A stretch of DNA of 64,000 nt, from assembly GCF_056712565.1 (NCBI RefSeq), contig NZ_CM160072.1, one strand, 5' to 3'. This document shows positions 10,365 to 19,467 of the stretch, piece by piece. Below the pieces are notes generated by a model. The model did no database searches and was not told where the DNA came from. It saw only the letters and a program-made list of their open reading frames with translations. A program made the translations under genes and the position numbers. The stretch's first letter is position 1. Every line of letters begins with the position of its first letter.

Positions 10365-11732
10365 TCAGGACTTTTTACGCGAGGCTTTTTTACCCCCGCT
10401 GGCTGCGCGTTCAGCTTTGATTTTCTCCAGCAACGCGGCGGCGCTGTTTTCACCGCTGATTAATTCCGGGTTTTCGGCCCGCCACTGGGCGGTGAGTTCA
10501 CCACGGAACGCTTTTGCCAGGATGGATTGCGTCAGATTGTTGACGCGGGCTAAGGCGTTGTTGACCTGTTTTTCTATTGTGTCGGCGTAGGCGAAGAGTT
10601 GCTCGACGCGGCGAACGATTTCAGCTTGTTCGGGAAGGGGGGGAACAGTTATTGGGTATGCAATTAATTTCTGTGCATTAATATTTGATTGACTGACCCC
10701 ATCAGATTTAACTGAATAGCAATATTGTCTCCCCAAAATGCTATTTAAATGGTAGTTAAGATAGTCAGGGTTTAAATCAGGTAAACATTGAACCCTAATC
10801 AAATAACCTGCATAAATAGCTGGTTGCTCTGATTTATATATGGCTGTTTTCCCGACAAGTTCAGGACTATTTGTACGATTGAATAATACATCATTGTACT
10901 CAAGTTTATACTTTTCAATTTCTATGGTATCTGACGTATAGACTAGATCCGTCCAGTCCAACTTTCCTCCCTGAAGATTGCCCATTCTTAATACAGGAAT
11001 GAGTCCTTCTTTATTAGACTTAGATGACGTTCCGTAACTTGGTTTTTTTATAAACTCCCCAAGTTTGCCTTCTCTCCACCCAGACAGGCTTGAATTATCT
11101 CTCCAGTCTTCAGTTAGTTTTCCTCTCACCGCTGCACCCAGAACCGCCTGACGAAAACGTTTCAGGATTTGTGGGATTTGCTCAAGACGTGCTTTGGTGC
11201 TGTCTACCTGTGCCAGCAGCGTATCGAGTTTTTCAGCGATGATTTTTTGTTCGGCAAACGGTACAAGAACAAATGGTAATGTTTTCGCAGAACTACCAGA
11301 AATTTCTTTAAAAGTTGTTCCTGTGCCCATTTCCTCTGCAATATGTCTGATGTTGCGGAGAAAGTAATATGCATAATCAGGAAAAATGTCTGAAGGAAAA
11401 GCAAAACTTTTGAAACCCTGGTTAGTCGCAATCTCATTTGCAGCAATAGCAACATATCCAATCGGTGCCCGGCTACTAAAAAGTATAGTGCCTTTGGGCA
11501 TTAGTTTTGCTGAACAAGAGGAATAGCCTAGTGTAGTTAAATCTCTGGCACCATGTGAGATATATTTCTCTTTATAACCGCTCAAATCGGCAGGCGTAAG
11601 CCAGGCGACTCCCTCACCCGAAGGTGCAAAATTTTCAGCGACTCCCGATTTTGGTGTCCCACCAGAGATGACATCAGCAATGTCGCCTATTTCAATCTGT
11701 TCCCACCCCTCCGGCAATTTCCCAGCACTCAT
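10365..11732 (-). CDS. hsdS: Type I restriction-modification specificity subunit HsdS (type IA framework, non-EcoKI target-recognition domains)
   Basis: 455-aa ORF; N-terminal MSAGKLPEGW, central PFAEQKIIAEKLDTLLAQVDSTKAR...ILKRFRQAVLG and C-terminal PPLPEQAEIVRRVEQLFAYADTIEKQVNN...KAFRGELTAQWRAENP framework segments conserved, variable blocks between; 4-nt overlap with the hsdM stop. Confidence 0.9.
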   Translation of the reverse strand: MSAGKLPEGWEQIEIGDIADVISGGTPKSGVAENFAPSGEGVAWLTPADLSGYKEKYISHGARDLTTLGYSSCSAKLMPKGTILFSSRAPIGYVAIAANEIATNQGFKSFAFPSDIFPDYAYYFLRNIRHIAEEMGTGTTFKEISGSSAKTLPFVLVPFAEQKIIAEKLDTLLAQVDSTKARLEQIPQILKRFRQAVLGAAVRGKLTEDWRDNSSLSGWREGKLGEFIKKPSYGTSSKSNKEGLIPVLRMGNLQGGKLDWTDLVYTSDTIEIEKYKLEYNDVLFNRTNSPELVGKTAIYKSEQPAIYAGYLIRVQCLPDLNPDYLNYHLNSILGRQYCYSVKSDGVSQSNINAQKLIAYPITVPPLPEQAEIVRRVEQLFAYADTIEKQVNNALARVNNLTQSILAKAFRGELTAQWRAENPELISGENSAAALLEKIKAERAASGGKKASRKKS

Positions 11733-13318
11733 TCCTTCACCCCACCAAATGCTTCTTCCAGCAACTGGCGCTGCGCATCCGCCTCATCGCTCGCCCCCAG
11801 TTCACGCATCAGCGCATCCAGTTCAGACAGCGCCTGTACCAGTTCACCCATCGCTTCTGCCGCTAATACATCCGGCTCCGGCAGGTTGTCGGCATCAATA
11901 CTGTCTTTATCTTTCAGCCAGGAGATATCCAGCGAATCGGATTTCGCGGTGCGGATCCACTCGCGGCTGAACTTGCGCCAGCGGCTGGTAGCAAGATGCT
12001 GGTCGGTGTTTTTGTTCTCTTCGCTGTCGGCAATTTCCGTCTCTTCGGCGTTAAAACTCCATTCACCTTCAGTGCGCGGGCTTAAGCCGTGCGGGTCTTC
12101 GCCAAACACGCGCTCAAACGGTTGCAAATGCTCGTCGGTAAACGGCGTGCGTTTACCAAAGCTCGGCATATTGGTCCGCAGGTCGTACACCCACACGTCA
12201 TCGGTGCAGTTCTTATCCTGATTCGGGTTCGCCACCGTCCCTTTGATAAAGAACAGCACGTTGGTCTTCACGCCCTGCGCGTAAAAAATACCGGTCGGCA
12301 GACGCAGAATAGTGTGCAGATGACACTTATCCATCAGGTCACGACGGATGTCCGTACCTTTGCCGCCTTCAAACAGCACGTTATCCGGCACCACCACCGC
12401 CGCACGACCGCCGGGGTGCAGCGTTTCGATAATATGCTGCATAAAGCACAACTGTTTGTTGCTGGTCGGGTGAACAAAGGTGCGGGTAATGTTGGTGCCT
12501 GCGGCGCTGCCAAACGGCGGGTTAGTGGCGACAATATGCGCCTTCGGCAGGTTTTCGCCGTCGCTGCCCAGGGTGTTGCCCAGACGGATTGCGCCGCCGT
12601 GGTCGAGGTTGCCTTCAATATCGTGCAGCAGGCAGTTCATCAGCGCCAGACGACGGGTGCCGGGCACCAGTTCGAGGCCGATAAACGCGCGGTGGATCTG
12701 GAAATCCTGCGTGTCGCCATCAAGGTCGTCCAGATCGTTAGTCTGCGACTTAACGTAGCGGTCGGCTTCAATCAAAAAGCCCGCCGTACCGGCTGCCGGA
12801 TCCTGTACCACTTCACGTGGCTGCGGTTTCAGCAGATGAATAATGGTTTTAATCAGCGGACGCGGGGTGAAGTACTGGCCCGCGCCAGACTTGGTTTCAT
12901 TGGCGTTCTTCTGCAGCAGCCCTTCGTACATATCGCCGAAGTCATCGCGCGACTTACCGTGCGCACCGTTGTACCAGTCCAGTGAATCCATATTGCTGAC
13001 CAGTGCGGTTATTTGTTTCGGCTCGGTGATGGTGGTACTAACATTATGAAAAACTGCCTGTACCAGCTTTTTGTCATCTTCGCCTAAATGCACGAGCATT
13101 TTTCGGTAGAACTGCAACTGCTCCTGGCCGATGCGGGATTTCAGGTCATCCCAGCGGTAACCTTCCGGCAGGTATTCCGCTTCCTGCCCGGTCTCTTTAC
13201 ACATTTTCAAAAACAGCAGCGAGGCGAGTTCATTGACGTAGTTTTGATAGGAAACGCCGCCATCGCGCAGGTTGTCGCACAGCTTCCACAGCTTCGCGAC
13301 CAGATCGTTATTGTTCAT
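11729..13318 (-). CDS. hsdM: Type I R-M N6-adenine DNA methyltransferase subunit HsdM
   Basis: 529-aa ORF; NPPF catalytic motif (IVATNPPFGSAAG) and AdoMet-binding region; same length as K-12 HsdM. Confidence 0.95.
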   Translation of the reverse strand: MNNNDLVAKLWKLCDNLRDGGVSYQNYVNELASLLFLKMCKETGQEAEYLPEGYRWDDLKSRIGQEQLQFYRKMLVHLGEDDKKLVQAVFHNVSTTITEPKQITALVSNMDSLDWYNGAHGKSRDDFGDMYEGLLQKNANETKSGAGQYFTPRPLIKTIIHLLKPQPREVVQDPAAGTAGFLIEADRYVKSQTNDLDDLDGDTQDFQIHRAFIGLELVPGTRRLALMNCLLHDIEGNLDHGGAIRLGNTLGSDGENLPKAHIVATNPPFGSAAGTNITRTFVHPTSNKQLCFMQHIIETLHPGGRAAVVVPDNVLFEGGKGTDIRRDLMDKCHLHTILRLPTGIFYAQGVKTNVLFFIKGTVANPNQDKNCTDDVWVYDLRTNMPSFGKRTPFTDEHLQPFERVFGEDPHGLSPRTEGEWSFNAEETEIADSEENKNTDQHLATSRWRKFSREWIRTAKSDSLDISWLKDKDSIDADNLPEPDVLAAEAMGELVQALSELDALMRELGASDEADAQRQLLEEAFGGVKE

Positions 13319-13519
13319 TGTGAGTTCCGTAAATTAAACAACGGCCCGCATTGTTTGGGGCCGCAGAAGAAGAAATTGCCGAGGGTAATATACACAAAAT
13401 CATTCAGGTTGCATCAAGGCGGCAAGTGAGTGAATCCCCGGGAGCGTACAGAAGTACGTGACCGGGGTGAACGAGCGCAGCCAACGCAGAGGCAGCCTGA
13501 AGGATGAAGTGTATACGTG

Positions 13520-16500
13520 TCAGGCCAGCTCGTCCCAGATATAATCGCTGAATTTATCAAGCAGGTTGTCGAGATTATCGTCAAAGGTTCTTTGTAGCAT
13601 CGCCTTACCGCCGCGGCGGTGGAAGTTGCCGGTTTTGAAGACATCGTCGTCGAGCACCACTTTCTCTTTCAGCGCCTGCGCTAAACGATCGAGCCAGCTT
13701 AATTGCTCGCTGCTCCAGTCGTTTTCACCCTTAATGCGCGTCAGCGCGTGATCGACACGTTCCTCAAACGGTTTCAGCGCATCGCCCACCGCAGCGCGGC
13801 GAATATGACCAATCAGCCGGGCGGCGATATCTTCATTGCGCGTCTCTTTCCATGCTTTGCGCAGGGAAGATTCCTCAAAATGCTGGCGGTCAAACCACTC
13901 CTGGAGCTCGACCAGCCCTTTACGGGTGAGATCGCGCGGGCGATTGATCACCGCCTGCAATGCCGGCTGCGCGTTCGGGGAACGTTGCACCAGCGAGTCA
14001 AAGGCTTCGAGGAAATCCTGCGGCGTGTCGTAATCACCGTACAGCGATTTTACACTCACCACTTCATCGTCGATATCGAGGAAGATCGGCGCATCATTCA
14101 GGTTGTTGATGTCCGTTTTCAGCTTTTCCAGACGGGCGATAAAGCCAGGCAGTTTGTTAAAGACTTCGGCGCTCCAGTGCGGCCCTTTTTCCCGCAGGCG
14201 CGAGGCGAAGCCGTTAAAGTTCACGCCCGCCGCGTCCTGGCATAGCTCATCCAGACGACGCACCTGTTTATCTATCGTTTCGCTGCGGTCACGGTTAAAC
14301 GTGGCCAGGCCGATGATGCGCTGGAGCTTCGCCACCAATTGTTCATGGCTGTGCTCGGCAAAGCTACGGCCATCCGCTTCGGTGATTTTATAGGTTTCTG
14401 AATCGGTAATTTCATTGACCAGCGTTTGCAGTTCCACCTTCGGACGCACCACCACCGGACGCATGGTGTCGACGCTCTCCAGCGTGCTGTAGATATCGAC
14501 ACAGTCGAAAATCTTAAAGCTGGTTTTATTCACGTCCGGGCATAAGCGCGTGGCGCGGCCTTTCATCTGCTCGTACAGAATACGGCTGCGTACTTTACGC
14601 AGGAACACGATATTACAGATCGACGGAATATCGACGCCGGTTGTCAGCAGGTCGACGGTTACCACGATATTGGGCAGCCGCTCTTTATTGAAGCGGGTGA
14701 TCATGGTCTGCACTTTGCGCGCGTCTTTATCGGCATCACCGGTGATCTTGATGATCGCGTCGTGCTCCAGTTGCGGATACTTTTTCTTGAACGCGGTACG
14801 CAACTCTTCCACCACCATATCGGCATGGGCATTGGTAACGCAGAAGACCAGCGTTTTTTGCGACCCGGTCGGGTCAAGGTAGTTGGTGAGCTCGTTACAG
14901 ACGGCGCGGTTAAACGCCGGGATCACCAGGCCACGGTTAAAGTCGGCGACCTCAAAATCCTGATCGTCTTCCAGGGTATCGTTGATCACTTCTCCCTGCG
15001 GGCTGATGCGCTCTACCTGTTCGCCCTTGGAGAGATAAACCCCCTCCTGGGCGTTGCGGGTGATGATCTGAATCGGCGGATCCTGGTCGATCAGAAAACC
15101 GTCGATAACCGCGGTACGGTAGGTATAACGGTAAACCGGCTCGCCGAAAATCTGCACCGTATGCAGCGCCGGGGTGGCGGTGAGGGCGATTTTTACCGCA
15201 TCGAAGTGATCGAGAATGCGACGGTAGGCAGAAACGTAATCCAGCTGGCTGCGGAACTGCAGCTCGCCTTCGGTCTGCTCTTTATCGAGAATATAGCCGC
15301 GATGCGCTTCATCGACGACGATACAGTCGTAACGGGCCACCGGCATCGGTTCATCTGATTGTAGGGTGCGTTTCACCAGCGACTGTACGGTGGCAACGTG
15401 AATTTTGGTGCTGTCTTCGGGGAATTTATCCGTCAGCCCTTTAATGTCGAAAATGCTGTTGAAGGTGTCGCCGTTAATACGCGTATCTTCAAACGCCCCC
15501 AGTGCCTGCTCGCCAAGAGAACGGCGATCGACAAGGAAGAGAATGCGTTTAAAACGCTGGGACTGGATCAGGCGGAACATCATGGCAATTGCGGTGCGGG
15601 TTTTACCGGTACCGGTCGCCATCGCCAGCAGGATCTCTTGTTGACCCTTGACGATTGCCTTTTCCACCGCGCGGACGGCATCTTCCTGGTAATAACGCAG
15701 GCCCAGCTCGCTCATGCCCGGGTTATCGGCAAACCACTGATTCTGTTTTTGCGGTTCGCTGCCGAGCATTTCCAGCAGCTCTTCCGGGCGATGCCACTCG
15801 GGTAAGGCTTTCGACATATTGCGGGTATCACGCACGTCGCGATACCAGATGCCACTTTTAGTCTTCATTGCTGCGCGATATTCGCGCCCGTTGGTGGAGT
15901 AGCAGAAGGGGATTTTAAACCGTTGTTGGCCGCTGGTGTCCTGCCAGCTAGTTTCATACTCCGGCACAGCTTCATGCACTTCATCCGGTGAGTAATGCTC
16001 AAGCAAGGTTTCCCGCAGGAAGCCATTATCGAAGCATTTGCTGTAGCGATACGACTCATTGAGCTTGCCGGGAACGTCGATATTTTTACGTTTCGCCTCT
16101 ACCACCGCGATGGGCTTGAGGCCGACAAACAGCACATAATCCGCAAAGCCCTGATTACCCGTTTCATCTTTCCCGGTCGGCCATTCGGCAATGGCTTTAT
16201 TGACGCCGGGTTCCGGGCGTGCGCCTTTGGAGAAGCGCAGGGTTTTGCTATCGGCCTGCCAGCCTGCTTTACGCAGTTGCGCGTCAATCAGGAAGCGACT
16301 CTCTTCTTCGCTAAGGTTGAGTGTGCGCTTGATGGCCTGATCGGTAATTTCTTTGTGGTAAGCCTTACGTTCCTGTTCGGTCTGTTTGGCCAGCTCCGCG
16401 TTCTTCTCGGCGAGCTGTGCTTCCAGCGCCGCAAGGCGAGCCTGGGTTTGCGCTTCTGTTTCCTGCTGTTTGCCTTCCAGAATGGCGATATAGCCGTTCA

Positions 16501-17032
16501 GGGCAACCAGCTTCTGCTGTTGCGCTTCGACTTCTGCCCGAGTCTGCGCTTTTTCTCGCGCCTGCTGTTCAAGCTGTTGTTTTAGCGTCAGCACTTCCTG
16601 GTGATAGAGGTTTTCGCCACGTTCCGGCAACACAAATACCGGCACCGGGAAGTCATAATCTTTGGTGACCAGACGGTAGTACCAGACAGCCAGGCGGAAC
16701 CCGAGTCGCAGGCACATCTGGGCATCGTCGAGATCGTTATGGTATTCGTGCACCGCCTGGTTACCAATGCGGCGTAATTTGTGGAATACAGAGAGAATGT
16801 TGTCATCAACGAAGGCGATTTTGCCGAGTTCGCGCAGGAGATCGTGTTGATTCTCACAAGGGGGGATGTTGAGTAACAGACCAAGATGTTTCGCTGTAGC
16901 TTCGCCAAACATACGCATTTTAATCAGCGTCGTGTTGGGATCATCCGGGTAGTTATTTTCCGCCGCACAGGCGATGGCATAAGTGAAGTCGTTGACGCCC
17001 TTCAGGAATTCGAAGTTGGATTTATTCATCAT
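13520..17032 (-). CDS. hsdR: Type I R-M restriction subunit HsdR (SF2 helicase/translocase plus endonuclease)
   Basis: 1170-aa ORF; Walker A (AMATGTGKT) and DEAH-like (VVDEAHR) helicase motifs; synteny. Confidence 0.95.
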   Translation of the reverse strand: MMNKSNFEFLKGVNDFTYAIACAAENNYPDDPNTTLIKMRMFGEATAKHLGLLLNIPPCENQHDLLRELGKIAFVDDNILSVFHKLRRIGNQAVHEYHNDLDDAQMCLRLGFRLAVWYYRLVTKDYDFPVPVFVLPERGENLYHQEVLTLKQQLEQQAREKAQTRAEVEAQQQKLVALNGYIAILEGKQQETEAQTQARLAALEAQLAEKNAELAKQTEQERKAYHKEITDQAIKRTLNLSEEESRFLIDAQLRKAGWQADSKTLRFSKGARPEPGVNKAIAEWPTGKDETGNQGFADYVLFVGLKPIAVVEAKRKNIDVPGKLNESYRYSKCFDNGFLRETLLEHYSPDEVHEAVPEYETSWQDTSGQQRFKIPFCYSTNGREYRAAMKTKSGIWYRDVRDTRNMSKALPEWHRPEELLEMLGSEPQKQNQWFADNPGMSELGLRYYQEDAVRAVEKAIVKGQQEILLAMATGTGKTRTAIAMMFRLIQSQRFKRILFLVDRRSLGEQALGAFEDTRINGDTFNSIFDIKGLTDKFPEDSTKIHVATVQSLVKRTLQSDEPMPVARYDCIVVDEAHRGYILDKEQTEGELQFRSQLDYVSAYRRILDHFDAVKIALTATPALHTVQIFGEPVYRYTYRTAVIDGFLIDQDPPIQIITRNAQEGVYLSKGEQVERISPQGEVINDTLEDDQDFEVADFNRGLVIPAFNRAVCNELTNYLDPTGSQKTLVFCVTNAHADMVVEELRTAFKKKYPQLEHDAIIKITGDADKDARKVQTMITRFNKERLPNIVVTVDLLTTGVDIPSICNIVFLRKVRSRILYEQMKGRATRLCPDVNKTSFKIFDCVDIYSTLESVDTMRPVVVRPKVELQTLVNEITDSETYKITEADGRSFAEHSHEQLVAKLQRIIGLATFNRDRSETIDKQVRRLDELCQDAAGVNFNGFASRLREKGPHWSAEVFNKLPGFIARLEKLKTDINNLNDAPIFLDIDDEVVSVKSLYGDYDTPQDFLEAFDSLVQRSPNAQPALQAVINRPRDLTRKGLVELQEWFDRQHFEESSLRKAWKETRNEDIAARLIGHIRRAAVGDALKPFEERVDHALTRIKGENDWSSEQLSWLDRLAQALKEKVVLDDDVFKTGNFHRRGGKAMLQRTFDDNLDNLLDKFSDYIWDELA

Positions 17033-17219
17033 TGTTATTAATCCATTGCTGTGTGGGCCTGTCCAAATATTTAAGGCCCATAACGCCCTATCTTAGCTTT
17101 CTGTACCTTTCCGGGCAATGACCGGAGTCACAGCAACTGACTCATTTCTAACGTGTTCGTCTATTTTGGTAGTGTTATAGTAGCCGAAAAACATCTACCT
17201 GATTCTGCAAGGATGTACT

Positions 17220-18134
17220 ATGACGGTTCCTACCTATGACAAATTTATTGAACCTGTTCTGCGTTATCTGGCAACAAAACCGGAAGGTGCAGCCGCGCGT
17301 GATGTTCATGAGGCTGCCGCGGATGCATTAGGACTGGATGACAGCCAGCGATCGAAAGTCATTACCAGCGGACAACTTGTTTATAAAAATCGTGCAGGCT
17401 GGGCACATGACCGTTTAAAACGTGCCGGGTTGTCGCAAAGTTTGTCGCGTGGCAAATGGTGCCTGACTCCTGCGGGTTTTGACTGGGTTGCGTCTCATCC
17501 CCAGCCAATGACGGAGCAGGAGATGAACCATCTGGCCTTCAATTTTGTGAATGTCAAACTTAAGTCACGGCCGGATGCCGTCGATTTAGATCCGAAAGCC
17601 GACTCTCCCGATCATGAAGAACTTGCAAAGAGCAGCCCGGACGATCGGTTAGATCAGGCGCTAAAAGAGCTTCGTGATGCGGTGGCTGATGAGGTTCTGG
17701 AAAACTTATTGCAGGTTTCTCCTTCGCGCTTTGAAGTCATTGTTCTGGATGTTTTGCATCGCCTGGGGTATGGCGGCCACCGTGATGATTTGCAGCGTGT
17801 TGGCGGTACTGGAGATGGTGGCATCGATGGTGTGATATCGCTTGATAAACTTGGCCTGGAGAAAGTTTATGTTCAGGCAAAACGTTGGCAGAATACTGTA
17901 GGCAGGCCAGAATTACAGGCATTTTACGGCGCACTGGCTGGGCAAAAAGCGAAACGTGGGGTGTTTATTACCACTTCTGGATTTACTTCTCAGGCGCGTG
18001 ACTTTGCCCAATCCGTCGAGGGTATGGTGTTGGTTGATGGGGAACGCCTGGTGCACTTAATGATCGAAAACGAAGTAGGGGTTTCTTCACGTTTGTTGAA
18101 GGTGCCGAAACTGGATATGGATTATTTTGAGTGA
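17220..18134 (+). CDS. mrr: Mrr type IV methylation-dependent restriction endonuclease
   Basis: 304-aa ORF with N-terminal winged-helix and C-terminal Mrr-cat region; divergent from hsdR as in K-12. Confidence 0.92.
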   Translation: MTVPTYDKFIEPVLRYLATKPEGAAARDVHEAAADALGLDDSQRSKVITSGQLVYKNRAGWAHDRLKRAGLSQSLSRGKWCLTPAGFDWVASHPQPMTEQEMNHLAFNFVNVKLKSRPDAVDLDPKADSPDHEELAKSSPDDRLDQALKELRDAVADEVLENLLQVSPSRFEVIVLDVLHRLGYGGHRDDLQRVGGTGDGGIDGVISLDKLGLEKVYVQAKRWQNTVGRPELQAFYGALAGQKAKRGVFITTSGFTSQARDFAQSVEGMVLVDGERLVHLMIENEVGVSSRLLKVPKLDMDYFE

Positions 18135-18140
18135 AATATC

Positions 18141-18172
18141 AGGCCGGATGCGGCTGCGCCTTATCCGGCCCA
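18141..18172. repeat. REP element between mrr and yjiA
   Basis: GGCCGGATGCGGCTGCGCCTTATCCGGCC palindrome. Confidence 0.7.
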
Positions 18173-18179
18173 TAACCCC

Positions 18180-19136
18180 TTACTTCCTCAACCCCGCAAA
18201 CGCCGCCCGAATCTCATCCTCCGGCAGCTGAATCCCGATAAACACCATCGTGCTATGCGGTTTTTCATCGCCCCACGGCCTGTCCCAGTCGGCGCTGTAG
18301 AGGCGCTGGACGCCCTGGAACAGCAGGCGGTTAGGTTCGCCGTCAATCCACAGCATCCCTTTGTAACGCAGCAGTTTATCTGCCGATTCCAGCAGCAGGT
18401 TTTCCATCACGCGGGAAACTTCGCTGATATCTACCGGGTAATCCAGTTCCACCACAATCGACGAAATATCGTTTTGTTTGTCCGCGATAAAGTGAAAACG
18501 TGGCTTGGTGCTGACGACGTTTTCTTCCAGCATAAAACCGTTGGTGTTGAACAACAGGCCCAGGTCGATGTCGCCGTGGGTGACGGTGTAGACCGGTGCA
18601 CGGGCGTTGATGCGCGCCAGGCGTTCACGCAGTTTTTCTGCTTCGCCTGCGACGTCGGTTTTAGTCAGCAGAATACGGTCGGCGTAGCCAACCTGGGACT
18701 GGGCGATGGTGAACTGGTTCATCTGCTCATCGGCATGTACCGCATCCACCAGCGCAATCACGCCATCCAGCAGGTAACGCTGGCATAAAATCTCATGGGA
18801 GAAAAAGGTCTGAATAATCGGGCCGGGATCGGCCATGCCGGTGCATTCAATGACCAGACGGTCGAACTGAATATTGCCCTTGTCGAGATTATCCAGCAGG
18901 TCGAGTAGGGCGTCTTCCAGCTCGTTGGAGCGCGAACAGCAGATGCAGCCGTTGGTCAGCGTTTTGATCTGCGTGGCGCGGTCGCCAATCAGTTGATCAT
19001 CAACGGAGACTTCGCCGAATTCGTTTTCAATCACGGCAATCTTGTAGCCGTGTTGTTCGTTAAGAATATGGCGCAGCAGGGTGGTTTTTCCTGCGCCTAA
19101 AAAACCGGTGAGTAGGGTAACTGCAATCGGGTTCAT
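18180..19136 (-). CDS. yjiA: CobW/COG0523-family GTPase YjiA
   Basis: ORF 18180..19220; start set at MNPIAVTLLTGFLGAGKTTL (318 aa, P-loop right after the start) so it does not overlap yjiX. Confidence 0.9.
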   Translation of the reverse strand: MNPIAVTLLTGFLGAGKTTLLRHILNEQHGYKIAVIENEFGEVSVDDQLIGDRATQIKTLTNGCICCSRSNELEDALLDLLDNLDKGNIQFDRLVIECTGMADPGPIIQTFFSHEILCQRYLLDGVIALVDAVHADEQMNQFTIAQSQVGYADRILLTKTDVAGEAEKLRERLARINARAPVYTVTHGDIDLGLLFNTNGFMLEENVVSTKPRFHFIADKQNDISSIVVELDYPVDISEVSRVMENLLLESADKLLRYKGMLWIDGEPNRLLFQGVQRLYSADWDRPWGDEKPHSTMVFIGIQLPEDEIRAAFAGLRK

Positions 19137-19146
19137 GCTCTCTCCA

Positions 19147-19350
19147 TTAACAACAGCGCATACCGCCTTTACCATCGCCGCCGTAGCGCGCGTTCTGGCG
19201 TTCGCGGAAGAATTCTTCATAGCTCATGTACGGCTTGTCGGGATGGTTGGTCTTCATATGCTCGACGTAGTTGTCGTAGTCTGGAATGCCAATCAACATC
19301 TTCGCCGCCTGGCCGAGATATTTTTTTGCCTGTCCTAAGTTACCAAACAT
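19147..19350 (-). CDS. yjiX: DUF466 small protein YjiX
   Basis: 67-aa ORF ending in a CC motif, immediately downstream of btsT as in K-12. Confidence 0.88.
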
Positions 19351-19398
19351 TTTGCCTTCCAGATATGCGTAAAGCCCGGAAGGTCCGGGCTGGGGATT

Positions 19399-19465
<67 letters not shown>

Positions 19466-19467
19466 GG

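Noticed and set aside
12089-12985. 298-aa plus-strand ORF inside hsdM
   Set aside because: Antisense to the hsdM methyltransferase, which has the NPPF motif and full length; no ribosome-binding site; a shadow ORF.
13703-16585. Several long plus-strand ORFs (e.g. 13703-14245, 14762-15358, 15995-16585) inside the hsdR locus
   Set aside because: They lie antisense within the 1170-aa hsdR coding sequence, which has clear helicase motifs and full-length synteny. They are shadow ORFs of a long gene, with no independent start signals.
18180-19220. N-terminally extended forms given by the ORF track (e.g. yjiA 346 aa, osmY 227 aa, serB 368 aa, radA 476 aa, prfC 538 aa, deoD 258 aa)
   Set aside because: The extensions come from upstream in-frame ATG or stop-free sequence. 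The shorter starts have Shine-Dalgarno sequences, match expected protein lengths and avoid overlaps with neighbouring genes (e.g. yjiX), so the shorter forms were annotated.
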